Below, in pieces: positions 11,804 through 24,800 of a stretch of 64,000 bases of DNA; position 1 is the stretch's first letter, and each line of letters begins with the position of its first letter. The notes beneath the pieces are model-generated. The model was not told the DNA's origin. It did not search any database and was given only the letters and a program-made list of their open reading frames with translations. Source of the stretch: Cycas panzhihuaensis. Its lineage: Eukaryota; Plantae; Cycadophyta. The translations under genes were made by a program, and so were the position numbers. The stretch lies in contig CM041465.1 of NCBI GenBank assembly GCA_023213395.1, positions 2,790,001-2,854,000 of the forward strand, given 5' to 3'.

Positions 11804-14800
11804 ATCTTCTTGGAGTTGAACGCATGAGACTAGGAAAAGAAGATGCAGGAATTTAGGGGACTTTTTAAGGCATGAAACATGAAATACATTATGGATCTTA
11901 GAGTTGGGTGGGAGTTCAGGTGCATAGATAGCTTCACCAATCTATTAAAGTGTTTTATATAGGCTATAAAAATATGGACTAAGCTTTTGAATTATATGGT
12001 ATTTGAGAGATTGTTGCTTATATATTTATATATGAACAAAACCTAGGTCAATAATAAAAAATAAGTAATCAGAATGGTGACAATCAATGAGTTATTTCAT
12101 GTAATTTTGAGTTGTTGCCAAGTTTTATTTAAGCATGTGAAGAATTTAACCTATACCTTAAAACTTATATTGAACTATATCAGTTTGAAGGTTAATTGCT
12201 AAGGTATGATGAGATGCAAGAGGATATCTATAGAGGACCATAAATGGGGATATGTGAAGAGTTGAGTGATGGGATAAGTTGCACTAATATTCTGAAAGAG
12301 CTAGTTATGGCATCCATTTATACTAGTATTCAAAAGAAAAGTATTATAAGCATGTTTCTAACATCTTATCTAGGACTTTAGATTAGCCATTATTTGTAGA
12401 TAGCATGTTGAACTCATTTGAATGAAGTCCCAGAGGCTTAGAAGGGTTCTTGCCAAAATGAGCTAATAAGTTTAGGGCCTCGATCATAAACTATTATTGA
12501 TAAAACTTTATGGAGATAGAAAATATACTAAATATAGAGATCAATGAGGTATAATGCTTTATAAGAGGTATAAACATGTAAGAAATATACATACTTAGTA
12601 AATCTACCAACAATTACTAAGATCGAGCCCATAGTAATATCCATAGTAACGTCTTTCCATAGTAATATCTTACCATTTTCTTTGAGGGATATGTAGGGGT
12701 TGGAGAAGGTCTAGTTGAGCCTCAATATTGATTTTATTTCTTTAGTAAGTGTCACACTTATAAACATATGTAAATATGGAGGATGTTATAAAAATCTAAT
12801 AAAAATAAAACCAATATAGTAATATATTTTATCAAACCACAAGTGACCTCCTAGGGGAGTGGAGTGATACTTAGATAAAATACATAAGATAAAAGATGAT
12901 ACAAGGTAAACAAAAATGTAATTTTAGTATAAGAGGTGGGTTTTATATATGAACCAATCCATTTGATTATGAACTTTAGTGGTCCATTAGTTTCAATTTA
13001 GTAGAGATTAGTTCTTTTTTACTAGTTTTATTAACCATGTTAGTTAGGGCTTAGAAAACACATGGATAATAGATTCATGCATAATGGGCTTAGAGGGAAG
13101 ATGGAAGAGAGTATCAACAACCATATTTTACTTTCCTTTTTTATATGTAATAATGAAATTAAGTATATGTATATATCTAATCCACTTAATTTTCTCTTTA
13201 GATAAAACTATTTGGTTAAGAAGGTGACAGAGGCTATGGTGATCCATTAAAATAGTGAATTTAGAACCTAAAAGGTATTGACACCACTCAACTATAACAT
13301 ATAGAATAACATTCATTTCCTTTTGATGTATTAACAACTAACATTCATGGTCTTTGAGTTTCTAACTTTTAAGTGCTATTGAATGAATGTTCTATAAAAG
13401 GATAACATCAAATCTAAATGTAAAAATATTACATTATAACTAGAAAGGTTGGAAGAAATTTGGGATAGAAAGAACTCAGGTGGATGTTATGATGGACTTA
13501 AGATAATTAAAAAAATCATCTATATCTTGTGATAATTAAAATATGTCTTTATAGAGCAAATTTATTAATGAGGCCATAAGAGAGACATAATTTCAAGTAA
13601 GTTAATGGTAAAATCCTATAAGCCCTAAAAAAAAACATAACTAGGTGAGCTTTCTAGGTGTGAGTTATTGAGAAGACAAGGTCCCACTAACCTGAAACCA
13701 CCACCAAGATCTAAACTATTTTGCAACTAGTTATAGGAATCGAAACTAAAATTTAACATATAAGTTCTTAAACCAGAGATAATACAATCAAATGAATAAG
13801 AAAGTCAAGCATCACATATACACCTGATATAATATGGTAAAACCCTAGCAGTGTGCTAGGGAAACATCCACATAGGAAAGGTATCGATCTTTATTATCAA
13901 GAATGGAGAAGTATATACAATCTGTAACCCAGTGCTCATAGTAACAACAACCAGCCACCCAACTACTCACAGTACATACATTACATCAAACACCATTAAC
14001 ATAATGAAAAATACCCTAAATTGGGCTACATGAGAGAGTCATACAAGGCACAAATCTCGACCATAGAATCTAGGATATTTTGAGCAAATGACCCTGATTC
14101 TCTTTACAATTTAATATACCCCCCACACCCCCTGGCCAAGGGGCACTCCCACCCCCCTTGGAACCCCCTAAGGAAGGTTTGGGAGGGAAACCGTACTGCT
14201 AACCTATAAAGATTTTAGCCTCCAAATCGTTGTTGTCACATTATCTAACATGAGCCAAGTTGTGATGACTAAGATTTTGTTTAGGTCAACCCATATGCCT
14301 TCTAAATATATGATATGACCTAGACATTATAACTCAAACTTGTTAAACTCATATTTAGATAACTTTACATAAAGTTAGTATTAGGTGAGAACATGGAGTA
14401 TAGCTTCCAAATATTACAAATGATTATGCAAGATCAAATTATAAATAAGAATGTTGTTGAAAAATATAATGACAAAGTTTTAGAGGTATGGGACAAATTT
14501 CTTATTTATTAATAACTTAAAATTTAAAATGCCTATGAGGTGTTCAAAAAGTAATCATTTGATAATCCTTTAGGGTAATAAGAATCTAATAATAACCTAA
14601 TTAAAGGTCTAATTTAAAGAAGATGGTGGCCCTATATATTTTATCAATCATGTTATGAATCTTAGGTGTCAAAATTTTATTTTTAATTATGATTTTATTA
14701 AGTTTATGATAGTTAAACTAGGATAATATGAGCAATGTATGGCTTTTACTATGCTAGATGATACCTATGTTAATAAACTCATTAGTGATTTTCTCGATTT

Positions 14801-16600
14801 TAAAGTTTTGATAAAGGTGAAGGATAATGGGGTCATGGGATGATATTTAAGTTCAATCGAATAGTGAAAACCTTGGTTTGAGGGAGGGCTAGGTGAAATG
14901 GGGACAAATATAGATTGGCATTTATCGAGGAGATTTTGTATATCAAGGTGGATGTGAGTATGGGGTTGCTTATTATTAATGTAGACTATGTAGACAACAT
15001 TATTATTCAAGTGTTTATATAATTGATTTGGAGAGATGATTTTATTGGGGAATGATTGGATACCATGAAGTTTATGCATCTGACCCATGTTATCCTTAAA
15101 TAATGTAAAAGGATTATTGGGTGAATTATTCATGTTATATATACCAAGAGTTTAGAGCCATTGCACTTAGAGAATAGTATTAGATCCTCCTATGGATAGA
15201 GCATAGAAATTTAAGGTTAGGCAATAAGTATTAATTAGAATATGTAGGTTTTTCATTATTTCAACAAAATATAGAGTTTGATAACTTGGCGAGGAACAAG
15301 TAAATCCAATCTTGGGTACAATATAAATATTGATTTAACAAGGAAAGGATATATTAGTGAAGTTTAGTCAGGTTCCATTATTAATCAAAATTGTGATAGG
15401 TGTTTTAAAAGGGTGCTTTTCATTTGAAGTGGCTTTAGATAAGATGTGGAAGAAATAACTGATCAAGAGACTTCAATTTGAAGGTTAAGGGAGGAACATT
15501 CTTAGAGAGATTTATTATTAGGTTTATTTTTGATGTTAAAATTCTTGTCTAATATAGGGCCAATAGTGAAAACCATTTATTTTACTTTACACACTCTCCC
15601 ATGATTAGGGGCCTATTTTTCTAAGTACTTAACACATAGGCTAGCATTTATATACTTGTCCACTTTTATTAATGATACATGTGTCGATCCTACAAGAGGG
15701 TTGCCATTAAACATTATACCTCATTTGATCTAATACATTTATGTTAATGGCTTAAGGGATGGGGGCATTGGTACCATATAAAATCTTGCTTAAAAGAAGT
15801 TGAGCATTTTGTGATGAATTTAGCATTGACTACTTTTGCCATTAAAATAACATCTCTTAAGCTATATAGGGTGGTCACCTTAAGGCACATTTGAATGCGC
15901 TCCTTGAGCCCAGATATATATACATCAATAAGTGTCTATCGATTGAGTGGTTGAGAAACTTGATTTTGCAATGCTTGAAACTCATCTACATAGGCCTCTA
16001 TTAATGTTATATATTTCAATTGAGTGAGTTGGCTAAAGGAGGAATGGTTCCATGTATCTTCATATAATTAAAAAAAAAAATTATAGAATATATCTCATGT
16101 TTAATTTAATAGATTCTCATATTTCTACCAACATAACTAATGGTATGCTTTTCCATCCAGATGGATTGAAGTAAACGTTAATTGTTATATTGGGGATATA
16201 GGATTTATAGAAGAATAAGATTTCAACTTACTTATCTAGCTTTTTACAATGTCCCTATTAAGGTCATGATTGAATGTTGGTATGATAATTTTATGATGAA
16301 ACTATTATTACCATGGTGGAGGTGAGATATTATGAAGGGGTGGGAAATTATGGGGTGGTGGGCATGTGGGATTATAATTTGGAGGTGAGAGATCTATTGT
16401 GGTCAAGGCAGATAAGATATTAGAATTAAATGCTAATTTCAAGAGTATCTTATCTATTTTTTGGTCTAAGGCATCTTATTTCTAATTGGCCTCCTTAGAT
16501 TATTAATCATGTTTCTGACCTATTTCTTCTAGGTTTCAAGCTATTTCTATAAACAGAACCTCTAATGCTTAGATTTGATTTGCTTGAGTGGAAGCCATTA
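11804..16600 (-). mobile_element. Heavily decayed Ty3/Gypsy (chromovirus-like) gag-pol relic
   Basis: RNase H fragment 13128-13337 'EWCQYLLGSKFTILMDHHSLCHLL'; pre-RT linker 14765-15133; integrase-like remnants at 11.9-12.9 kb; very AT-rich; LTRs not resolved. Confidence 0.75.
13666..14250. mobile_element. Solo LTR, 585 bp, inserted in the Gypsy RT/RH linker
   Basis: T(A)TTGAG...CTAACA ends, TSD TGAGT/TGAGC; removal restores the host 'TWLTPRK' (WPxP-type) frame. Confidence 0.7.
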
Positions 16601-17692
16601 AGATGAGACCCTCTTATATAAAAAGATGAAAATGGAATTCAAATAAGAAAGATAAAGTAAGAAGGTGGTTGTTCATGAAAAGGAAAAACTATGTAGATAG
16701 AACAAGATTAAAGAACTTAGAAGGAGTGCAAACACCTCAGGGGGAGGGGGATGGGGGGTGGAAGGGAGGGGGATATCTATGGCATGTTCATTCTTGAAAA
16801 CTTTGTAATAAATTTACCTAATATAGTGAGATGAATGTGAAAAGCTTGTCAAAATAATGTATATGAATTTTAGGTACTTAAAATTAGGTTGTAAAGCCCA
16901 TTAGATGTTTATATGTTATTTTACCTTGAAATTTTAGGTTGAAGTTAACCTAGTGAAAAATGACCAATGCAACATGCTCATCAAAATAAGATGTGTAAAA
17001 AATAAGGAAAAAATTGAGCTACTGACTTTTATTTTTAATGACTTAGTCACTAGTAAATATTTTGGGTTAAAATATTTTATTTTAATATAAGTGACCCTAT
17101 AGGATGTAGAGACGATCCTACAAGAAGTTTTCCTTGTCTCTTTTTTCTTTCTTTCTTTTTTCTTTTTCGTTTCTTTCTAGTAAAGACTTCTAAACTTATA
17201 GCTAAAAGTTTGGGCAAGGAGGAGTCTACAAATAGAGTTTAGATAATTTGATTTTATTGTTGTAATAGTAATCTATAATACTTACTAATGTGACTTTGTA
17301 ACCTTTTTATTCTTTTATGTTCTAAAGATGGTAAATTATAATTTAATTATGTTATTTGTTCTATAATATAACAATGCAAAATTATATTCAGATAACCAAT
17401 CTTTAAGTAGGCTCTAGATACAAAGTTTGCCTAATTTGTAGCCCCTTCAATAAACTTCTTAATTGATATTAATTGCTCTACCTAATTTCTCAAGGTACTA
17501 ACTATGGAAGTTTATCGTACTTGTAGCTACGATAATTGTATTGAGGTATTTAAGAAGGATAGCTCCTTAACACTAATTTCTAACTAATGTACTATATATT
17601 TTTAGTAGTTGATAAGCTTCCTACTCTAGGATAGAAAAATAAGCCTAACATGGTCCTCCTATATACTAGAAGGTACATAGAGCCTCACTTTC

Positions 17693-17733
<41 letters not shown>
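17693..17733. repeat. (TA)n(CA)n microsatellite
   Basis: Direct reading. Confidence 0.95.
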
Positions 17734-18122
17734 TACATGTTGTTGAAGGCTAGTGTAAGTAGGTAACTTGTTTTACTTTACATATTAGTATATACCCAAG
17801 TATGGTTGGTTGAGAATGACAACTACATATGGATATTTAAAGACTCCTAAAATAAGGTCTCTACTTAGACTCTCTAAGGATTTAAAAAAGGTTACAAAAA
17901 GGGATTTATTATTTTTCCTCAATCTCTATAATTAACAAAAGGAATGACACTACAGAGAGAGTACTTGAACCAAAAAATAATAAATAAGCAAATAAAACAA
18001 AGGAAGGGTTTCAAATTTTTTCATTATGAGAAAAAAAAAAGAAAATCTATTTTTTTTGTTCCTTTGCTATTTTATCTTTTTATGACCATGCTTTTTCTAC
18101 TTTAGATAGTCTTGTGAATAAG

Positions 18123-18134
18123 GCTTTGATACCA
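18123..18134 (-). promoter_or_regulatory. Decayed tRNA-Met PBS of an old LTR element relic
   Basis: Minus strand TGGTATCAAAGC; partner LTR and coding region not identified. Confidence 0.4.
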
Positions 18135-19120
18135 CTTAGGATGTATTTATTCTAATATTCCTTCATGTACTCAATTCACTTTAAGCTCAAAGGACAAAAT
18201 AATAAAACTTAAGTAGTAAATAAATACTTTTATTGGCATATAAAAATTGATTACAAAAAATATGGATGCATAAAGGTACTAAAGATCTCAAAGTTGTACC
18301 AAAGTAAAATCTCATAAAAGTTATCAATACATAATAATTTTCACTTTATATTAGATTGATCTTAAATAAATGACAAATGCCTCTTATGTAGAATATCATT
18401 AATAGAAAAAAAAGAACTTTAATTCTACTAGTAGACATAAGTGACATACATAGAAGAATTAATAAGTAACACTAACTACTAAAGCCTTTTATCACATATA
18501 CTAACAATCATATTGCACTTAACAATAAGTGGTCATGTAACATATATAAAACAATAAAAACAAAAGAATTTACTAACATAAAAGAAAAAGAAATAAATAT
18601 TTTAAATAAATAAAATTATGTAATATTTATTTAAAATATTTTATAATAATCATTATAAAATGTATGTTAATAACATATTAGTGGACTTATATATATATAT
18701 TATAATAAATTACTTAAAAATTAAAGACAATGTTTAATAATCACTTTCACTTTAGTTTATTGAAAATATCTAATAAAATTTAAAGCTTAACAATTTTTTT
18801 TTTCTAATGATAAATTTTAAAAAATATTCTAAATTAAAACTTTGGACTAGAAAATAGAAATTACTTCACATTGCCCAATTTAAATATATTTTTAAAACTT
18901 TGTAATTTATATTATTCTTTTATAATAGAAAAATAAAATTGTACTAATGTGGGTGTAGATTATATTGAAGACACGGGTCATCCAATCGTCCCCCTTTTTC
19001 CTAGTGACCCAAGCTTTAAAGAATTGAGGAGATTAAATATGGAGATTATGAGGATCTTACGCCGTCAAGGTTTGTTGTGTAGGTCAAATATTGACGATAA
19101 ACAAATTTGTCCTCTAAGTC

Positions 19121-19244
19121 ATATTATTAGCTGGGAGTAATTTGAGAATTAAAGGTACACCATAATTTACTATATTTATATTATTAGATAGGGAGTAATT
19201 TGAGAATTAAAGGTATACCATTATTAGCTGGGGAGTAATTTGAG
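19121..19244. repeat. Three imperfect direct repeats ATTATTAG(C/A)T(N)GGGAGTAATTTGAG
   Basis: Copies at about 19123, 19180 and 19220; the first two extend through AATTAAAGGTAYACCA. Confidence 0.9.
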
Positions 19245-21812
19245 GATCTTTTGCTCGATAATTGTATTGTGGTACGAAGAAGGGATGGATTGTTGTGGAG
19301 TTACTGGGTTTTCCATATCATATCAACATGTTTTCAGGCAACTAAAACAAAATATGAAGAGTAAGAGATGGTTTGTCATATGTGGAGTGTTCATTAAATT
19401 AGTTGTTAGTACATACCCACAGCCTGCGAACAAAGCAAGATGTCCTTTGAAGTGGGGAAGCTAGACATTAAAAATTAACACGATTATGGCGATGGTAGAT
19501 TTGAAGCTTAATAATGTACCCTCTACCCTTTTCTATGTGTAGGGGAGGGAATTGACAGGGTAGAAAAGGAAGAGGAAGAGGCCACCCCAAATGACTACCA
19601 AAAAAAATAATGGAATCTGTTGTACATTAGTTGTCCAACATTTCCTCTGATAACACATCACGACATCTTCCCATCACCATACAGGTAAATGATAAAATGT
19701 ACGGTCAGTGTGTAAACTTAAAGTTTGTCAAGTTGTTTTCTAGCAAAAGGATCAATGAAGCTACCAATCTGCCCAATGATTTATATCATGAATAGTTAAA
19801 TCATGACTTTGATGCAATTATTCCTTTTAGAGAAAATATTCTGAAATGACAAACACTCTAGCTTACTTTTGTCTTTCATTTTTTTATTTAATTATTATTA
19901 TTTTTTCAAAGTATATTCTGATTTTGATGATAAGATCCAAGAACATGAATTTTCTAAGTTGTTGAACTCTTTCTTTTGAGCTCTATGCTGTCAAAACAAG
20001 GCACACGTGCCCCTATGGCACTAAGCTATGCATTTTAAAAATTCTATTCATGACATTGTAACCAAATATATTGGGAAGTTATATTGGAGAACAACGCTCC
20101 ATATGTTCTATGGATTTTTTTTCTTCTTTTTAATGAAATAGAAAGTATTCAAATACAAAGTTAAGGAAGCTCCTCAAAAAACATTTTAATACAACCACTA
20201 TTAGAAAGGCTCTCTCAAAGTTATAATATAAGAATATATACATAAAACACAAAGTTCATACCATAGGGTGAACCAAAAAAACCAACTAAAAAATACATTT
20301 GCCCATGACCCAATTGTGGGAACATCTAAAATAAATAGAAGATAAGAGCAATGACACCCATCATTTGACATTTTATTTTTTTTCTAATGGGCTAGGAATT
20401 AGAAGCTAGGATATCAATACTATCAAACTTTTCTTAAATGAATATTAGTGAATGGACTAGATTGCCATCCTAAGGGATGGTTCCTAAAATCTCCTCACAT
20501 GGTAAAACTTGCCACTATTGAACTAGATCTAAAGGCATTCTTACATTATCCCCTATACTCATGGATAGATGGGAGGAGGCAAGGGAAGAGCTTGCACTCC
20601 ATGACTCAATTATACATCTCTCTTTACTTATGCTTTATATGATGGAAAACTTGGATGGTCTTATCTGAATGAATAAAGGGCAAGATACTAGTCAACAACC
20701 ATTTTGGCATATTTGTAGCTATTGAATTATTCAAATTACAAAAATTTAAAATTATATTGTATATTGTACAAATAAATGAGTAATAGGGATAAACCTTTTA
20801 AAGTAAAAAAACTATCTTAGAAAAATATAACTATATAATAAAATATTATAATATCATAATTCATTACATACAAACTCATTTCTCATTCTAATATAGAGGA
20901 GATGATAAAATATAACAAATTTCCACCAGATTACATAATTAGTTTAATATTATTATAAATAATTTAATAAGTGATTTTATATGACAACATTAAAACATAA
21001 CATTGAATTGTAACATAATAAACACTTTAAGACAATATTATATTACACGTAATAGTATTCTAACTTCTCTCTTTAATGTTAACTTGAAAAATGCAAAAGC
21101 TTGAAGAATACTTCATCATGTAGACCTCCCTTTTATGGAGATTTCTTCAACCTTAAGTTGTTGACATAACTTGACAAACATCATTTCGATTAAAGGTTTG
21201 GTCATAAGATCTATAACATATATATCTGTAAGATAATACAAAAGTTAAATAACATCATCATTAACTAAATTATACATGAAATATTAATGAAGTTTAATAT
21301 GTTTAGTTTTGAAGTGACACACAAGGTTAGTTGTAATAGAAATAACACTTTAATTATCAACATTAATTAAAATTAAATTACTAAAAGGAAAACCAAGTTC
21401 ATCAAGGATATATTTAATCTATAAAATTTCTTCACTACATTTGACTAAGGTATGATACTCTACTTCAATTATGGAAAGAGCAAGAGATTCCATTTTTTTA
21501 CTCATCCAAGTAAGTAGAACAAATTTAAGAAAAAAGACATAACTTATAGTAGATTTTCTTTTATTAATATCTCTAGTGCAATTAAAATTTATTAAACTAA
21601 TAAACTAAGATCGAGGTTAGTAAGTTTATAATAAGATCACAATTATTTATACCTTATTAATATCATGAGATTAATTTGATAGGTTTTTAATGAGAATTAT
21701 GAGGTTTTTATATAATTTTAGAACTTAAAGCAACTGCATTTGAAATGGCAAGATGTGTATGCATTTGTTAAATTAAGCTACTAACTAACTGTAAATAAGT
21801 AGTGGCATCAAC

Positions 21813-24800
21813 TGATGAAAAATAGAGCAAAGACTGATTTGAATTAAACAGAGAAGAAGTGTATTTTACATTGAGATTCAACCTTCTTAAGTATATATCA
21901 ACAATGTGATGGTTACAACCTCTAATGTAACCAATCACTCTGATACTGCCAAGTGGCATCATCTTACACTATGACTATATTGAGTGTGGTCTTAACATGA
22001 CCCCCTTTCATACCTAGATAAAACATTATATCTTAACACCCCCTCTTAATGTTTTATCTCTAATAATCTAATTTTGTCTCTTAAATATTTGAGTCTTTCT
22101 CTTCCAAGAGGTTTTGTCAGAAGATCTGTAACTTGTTCAGCTGAGGGGCAATATTCCAAGTCTATCTCTTTATTACATACTTTTTCTCTTATGAAATGAT
22201 GATGAACTTCAATGTGCTTTGTTCTTGTATGTAGAACTGGATTTTTGGTCAGCTTGATGGCACTTTGATTGTCACATTTCAAGGAGGTTGCTTCTTTTTG
22301 CTGTTGATCTAAGTCGAACAGAAGTTTCCTTAACCATACAGCTTCACAGGTTGCCAACGTAGCTGCTTTGTATTCCACTTCTGTAGAGGAGAGAGCTAAT
22401 GTAGTTTGTTTCTTATTACACCATGAGATTACTGAGGCTCCTAAGAAGAAACAATATCCACTAGTGGATTTCCTTTATTCTTTGTCACCTACCCAGTCAG
22501 AGTCGCTGTACCCTGATATTTCGACTGGATACCCTTTCAAGTATACTAACTTGAAATCTGTTGTTCCTTTGAGGTACCTTAAGACTCTTTTTGTAGTTTG
22601 CCAATGTCTCAACTTTGGATTTTGCATGTATCTGGATATTAGTCCTACTGAGTAGGATATGTCAAGCCTGGTGGCTATTAAATAAATTAGACTTCTAATC
22701 ATTTGTCTATACAATGTGACATCTACATCCTTTTCTATACTATCTACTGTTAAGTCACAGTTTGGTTCCATGGATGTTGTGCATGGATTGCAATTCTCCA
22801 TTTGAAATCAAACAAGCAGACTTTTGATGTAGTTACTTTGGGACAAGGTTATATAGTTTTGATGCTGACCTACCTCTAGTCCCAAGTAGTAATTTAGAAG
22901 CCCTAAGTCTATCATTTCAAATTTTTACTGCAGTTAACTTTTGATCCACTTAATTCCTTCTTCATCATCTCCAGTGAGAAGCATATCATCTACATAGACA
23001 ACAATTATTGTTATCTTGTTGTTTGTTTTTCTTTTGTAGAGACTGGAGTTGGAGTTGCACCGAGCAAACTTATTTTCTTCAAGAAAATGATCTAATTTGG
23101 CATACCAGGCGCGTGGAGCTTGTTTTAGACCATACAGAGTCTCTTTTAACTTGCAAACTAGATTCTCCTGCCCCTGTTTTGTGTATCCTTCTGGTTGTTT
23201 CATATAGACTTCTTCTTCTAGCTCACTATTCAAGAAGGCACTTTTTACATCTAACTGTAAGATTTTCTAGTCTTGTGCTGCAGCCAAGGTAATTACTGTT
23301 CTTACTGTATTCATTTTTGCTACTAGAGAGAAAGTCTCATTAAAATCTACTCCTGTTGTTTGAGTGTACCCTTTTGCAACTAACCTTGCCTTGTATTTTT
23401 CTATTTTTCCATCCATTCCCCTTTTTGTTTTGTAAACCCATTTGCAGTTTACAGTGGATTTATTGGCAGGTAGTTCTACTAACTCCCACGTTTGATTCTT
23501 CTTGATTGAGTTCATTTCATTGTCCATTGTCGCTTTCCATTCTTGATGATCTTTTGCTTCTTGAAAGTTCTATGGTTTGACTTTGCTTAGAAGGGCTCTT
23601 GACCTTTGTCCCCGTGTTTTCTGTTCTATTACACTTCCTTCTTCAACTGTTTTAATGTACCATTTTGGCAGCTTTTTCTGTTTTCATAGGTCTTCTTTCT
23701 CGATCACGTCTTCTGGTACTTGACTAGTTGATGATGGATCTGCTTGTCCTTCTTCTGAAGTGATTTCTAAATCACTTCTTTTTTTAGCTTCTTGATTTTC
23801 TGAGGTAATTTTTGACTTATTTTCTTACTCATCTTCTTGCGTCCCTTTGTGTCTGACAGCTTCCTATTCATTTTCCTTCTCATCTTCTATTATTCTAATT
23901 TGTGAGGATTCAACAGAATTTTCTTCGTTAAAAACAACATCTCTACTTACATAAATTTTATTAGTTTTTGGATCTATGCATTTGTAGGCCTTTGAATTTT
24001 TACTGTAGCCTATCAAAATGCATTCTATGCTTTTTGCATCTAATTTGGACCTTCTTTTATTAGGAATATGCATAAATGCTTGGGTGCCAAAAATTTTGAG
24101 AAGACTTACATCAGGTTTTTGTCATGTCCAAGCTTCTTCTGGGGTGATATCCTTTAATACTTTTGTTGGACTTCTGTTTATCAGGTAGCATGCTATACTG
24201 ACTACTTCTACCCAATATGTTTTTGATATTTTGGTTCCATACATCATGCTTCGAGCCATTTCCATCAGAGTTTTATTCTTTCTTTTGGCCACTCCATTTG
24301 ACTGAGGGGTATAAGGAGTTGTAATCTGTCTATGAATCCCTCGATCCTTGCAGTAATTTAAAAACTCCTTTGATATATATTCCCCTCCTCCATCTGATTT
24401 GATGCATTTGATTTTTGTTCCTGATTCTAGCTCTGCTTCTACTTTGAATTTTTTAAATGTTTCAAAAACTTCTGATTTATTATGCAAAAAATATACCCAT
24501 ACTTTCTGAGTGAAATCATCAATGAAAGTTAAAAAATATCTGCATCCATTAATTGTGAGAGATGTAATTGGACCACAAATATCTGTATGTATCAATTCTA
24601 ATTTTGTCTAAGCTCTCCAAATGCTTTCTTTAAAAGGAAGTCTATGCTATTTTCTAAGTTGACAACCTTTACAAACAAATTTATCTGATGAAATATTAGG
24701 TAGACCATTAACCATTCCTAATTTTTCCATTTGTTTAAGTGTATCAATTGAGAGATGTCCATACCTCAAATGCCAAGCTTTATTATTAGATTTAGAAGCA

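Noticed and set aside
19121-19244. Repeat-spacer pattern resembling CRISPR
   Set aside because: Only three copies, spacers share sequence, no cas genes, eukaryotic context; a simple local duplication
18949-19464. Two short plus-strand ORFs as host exons
   Set aside because: Non-ATG starts, no domain similarity, overlap a tandem repeat, no clear splice structure
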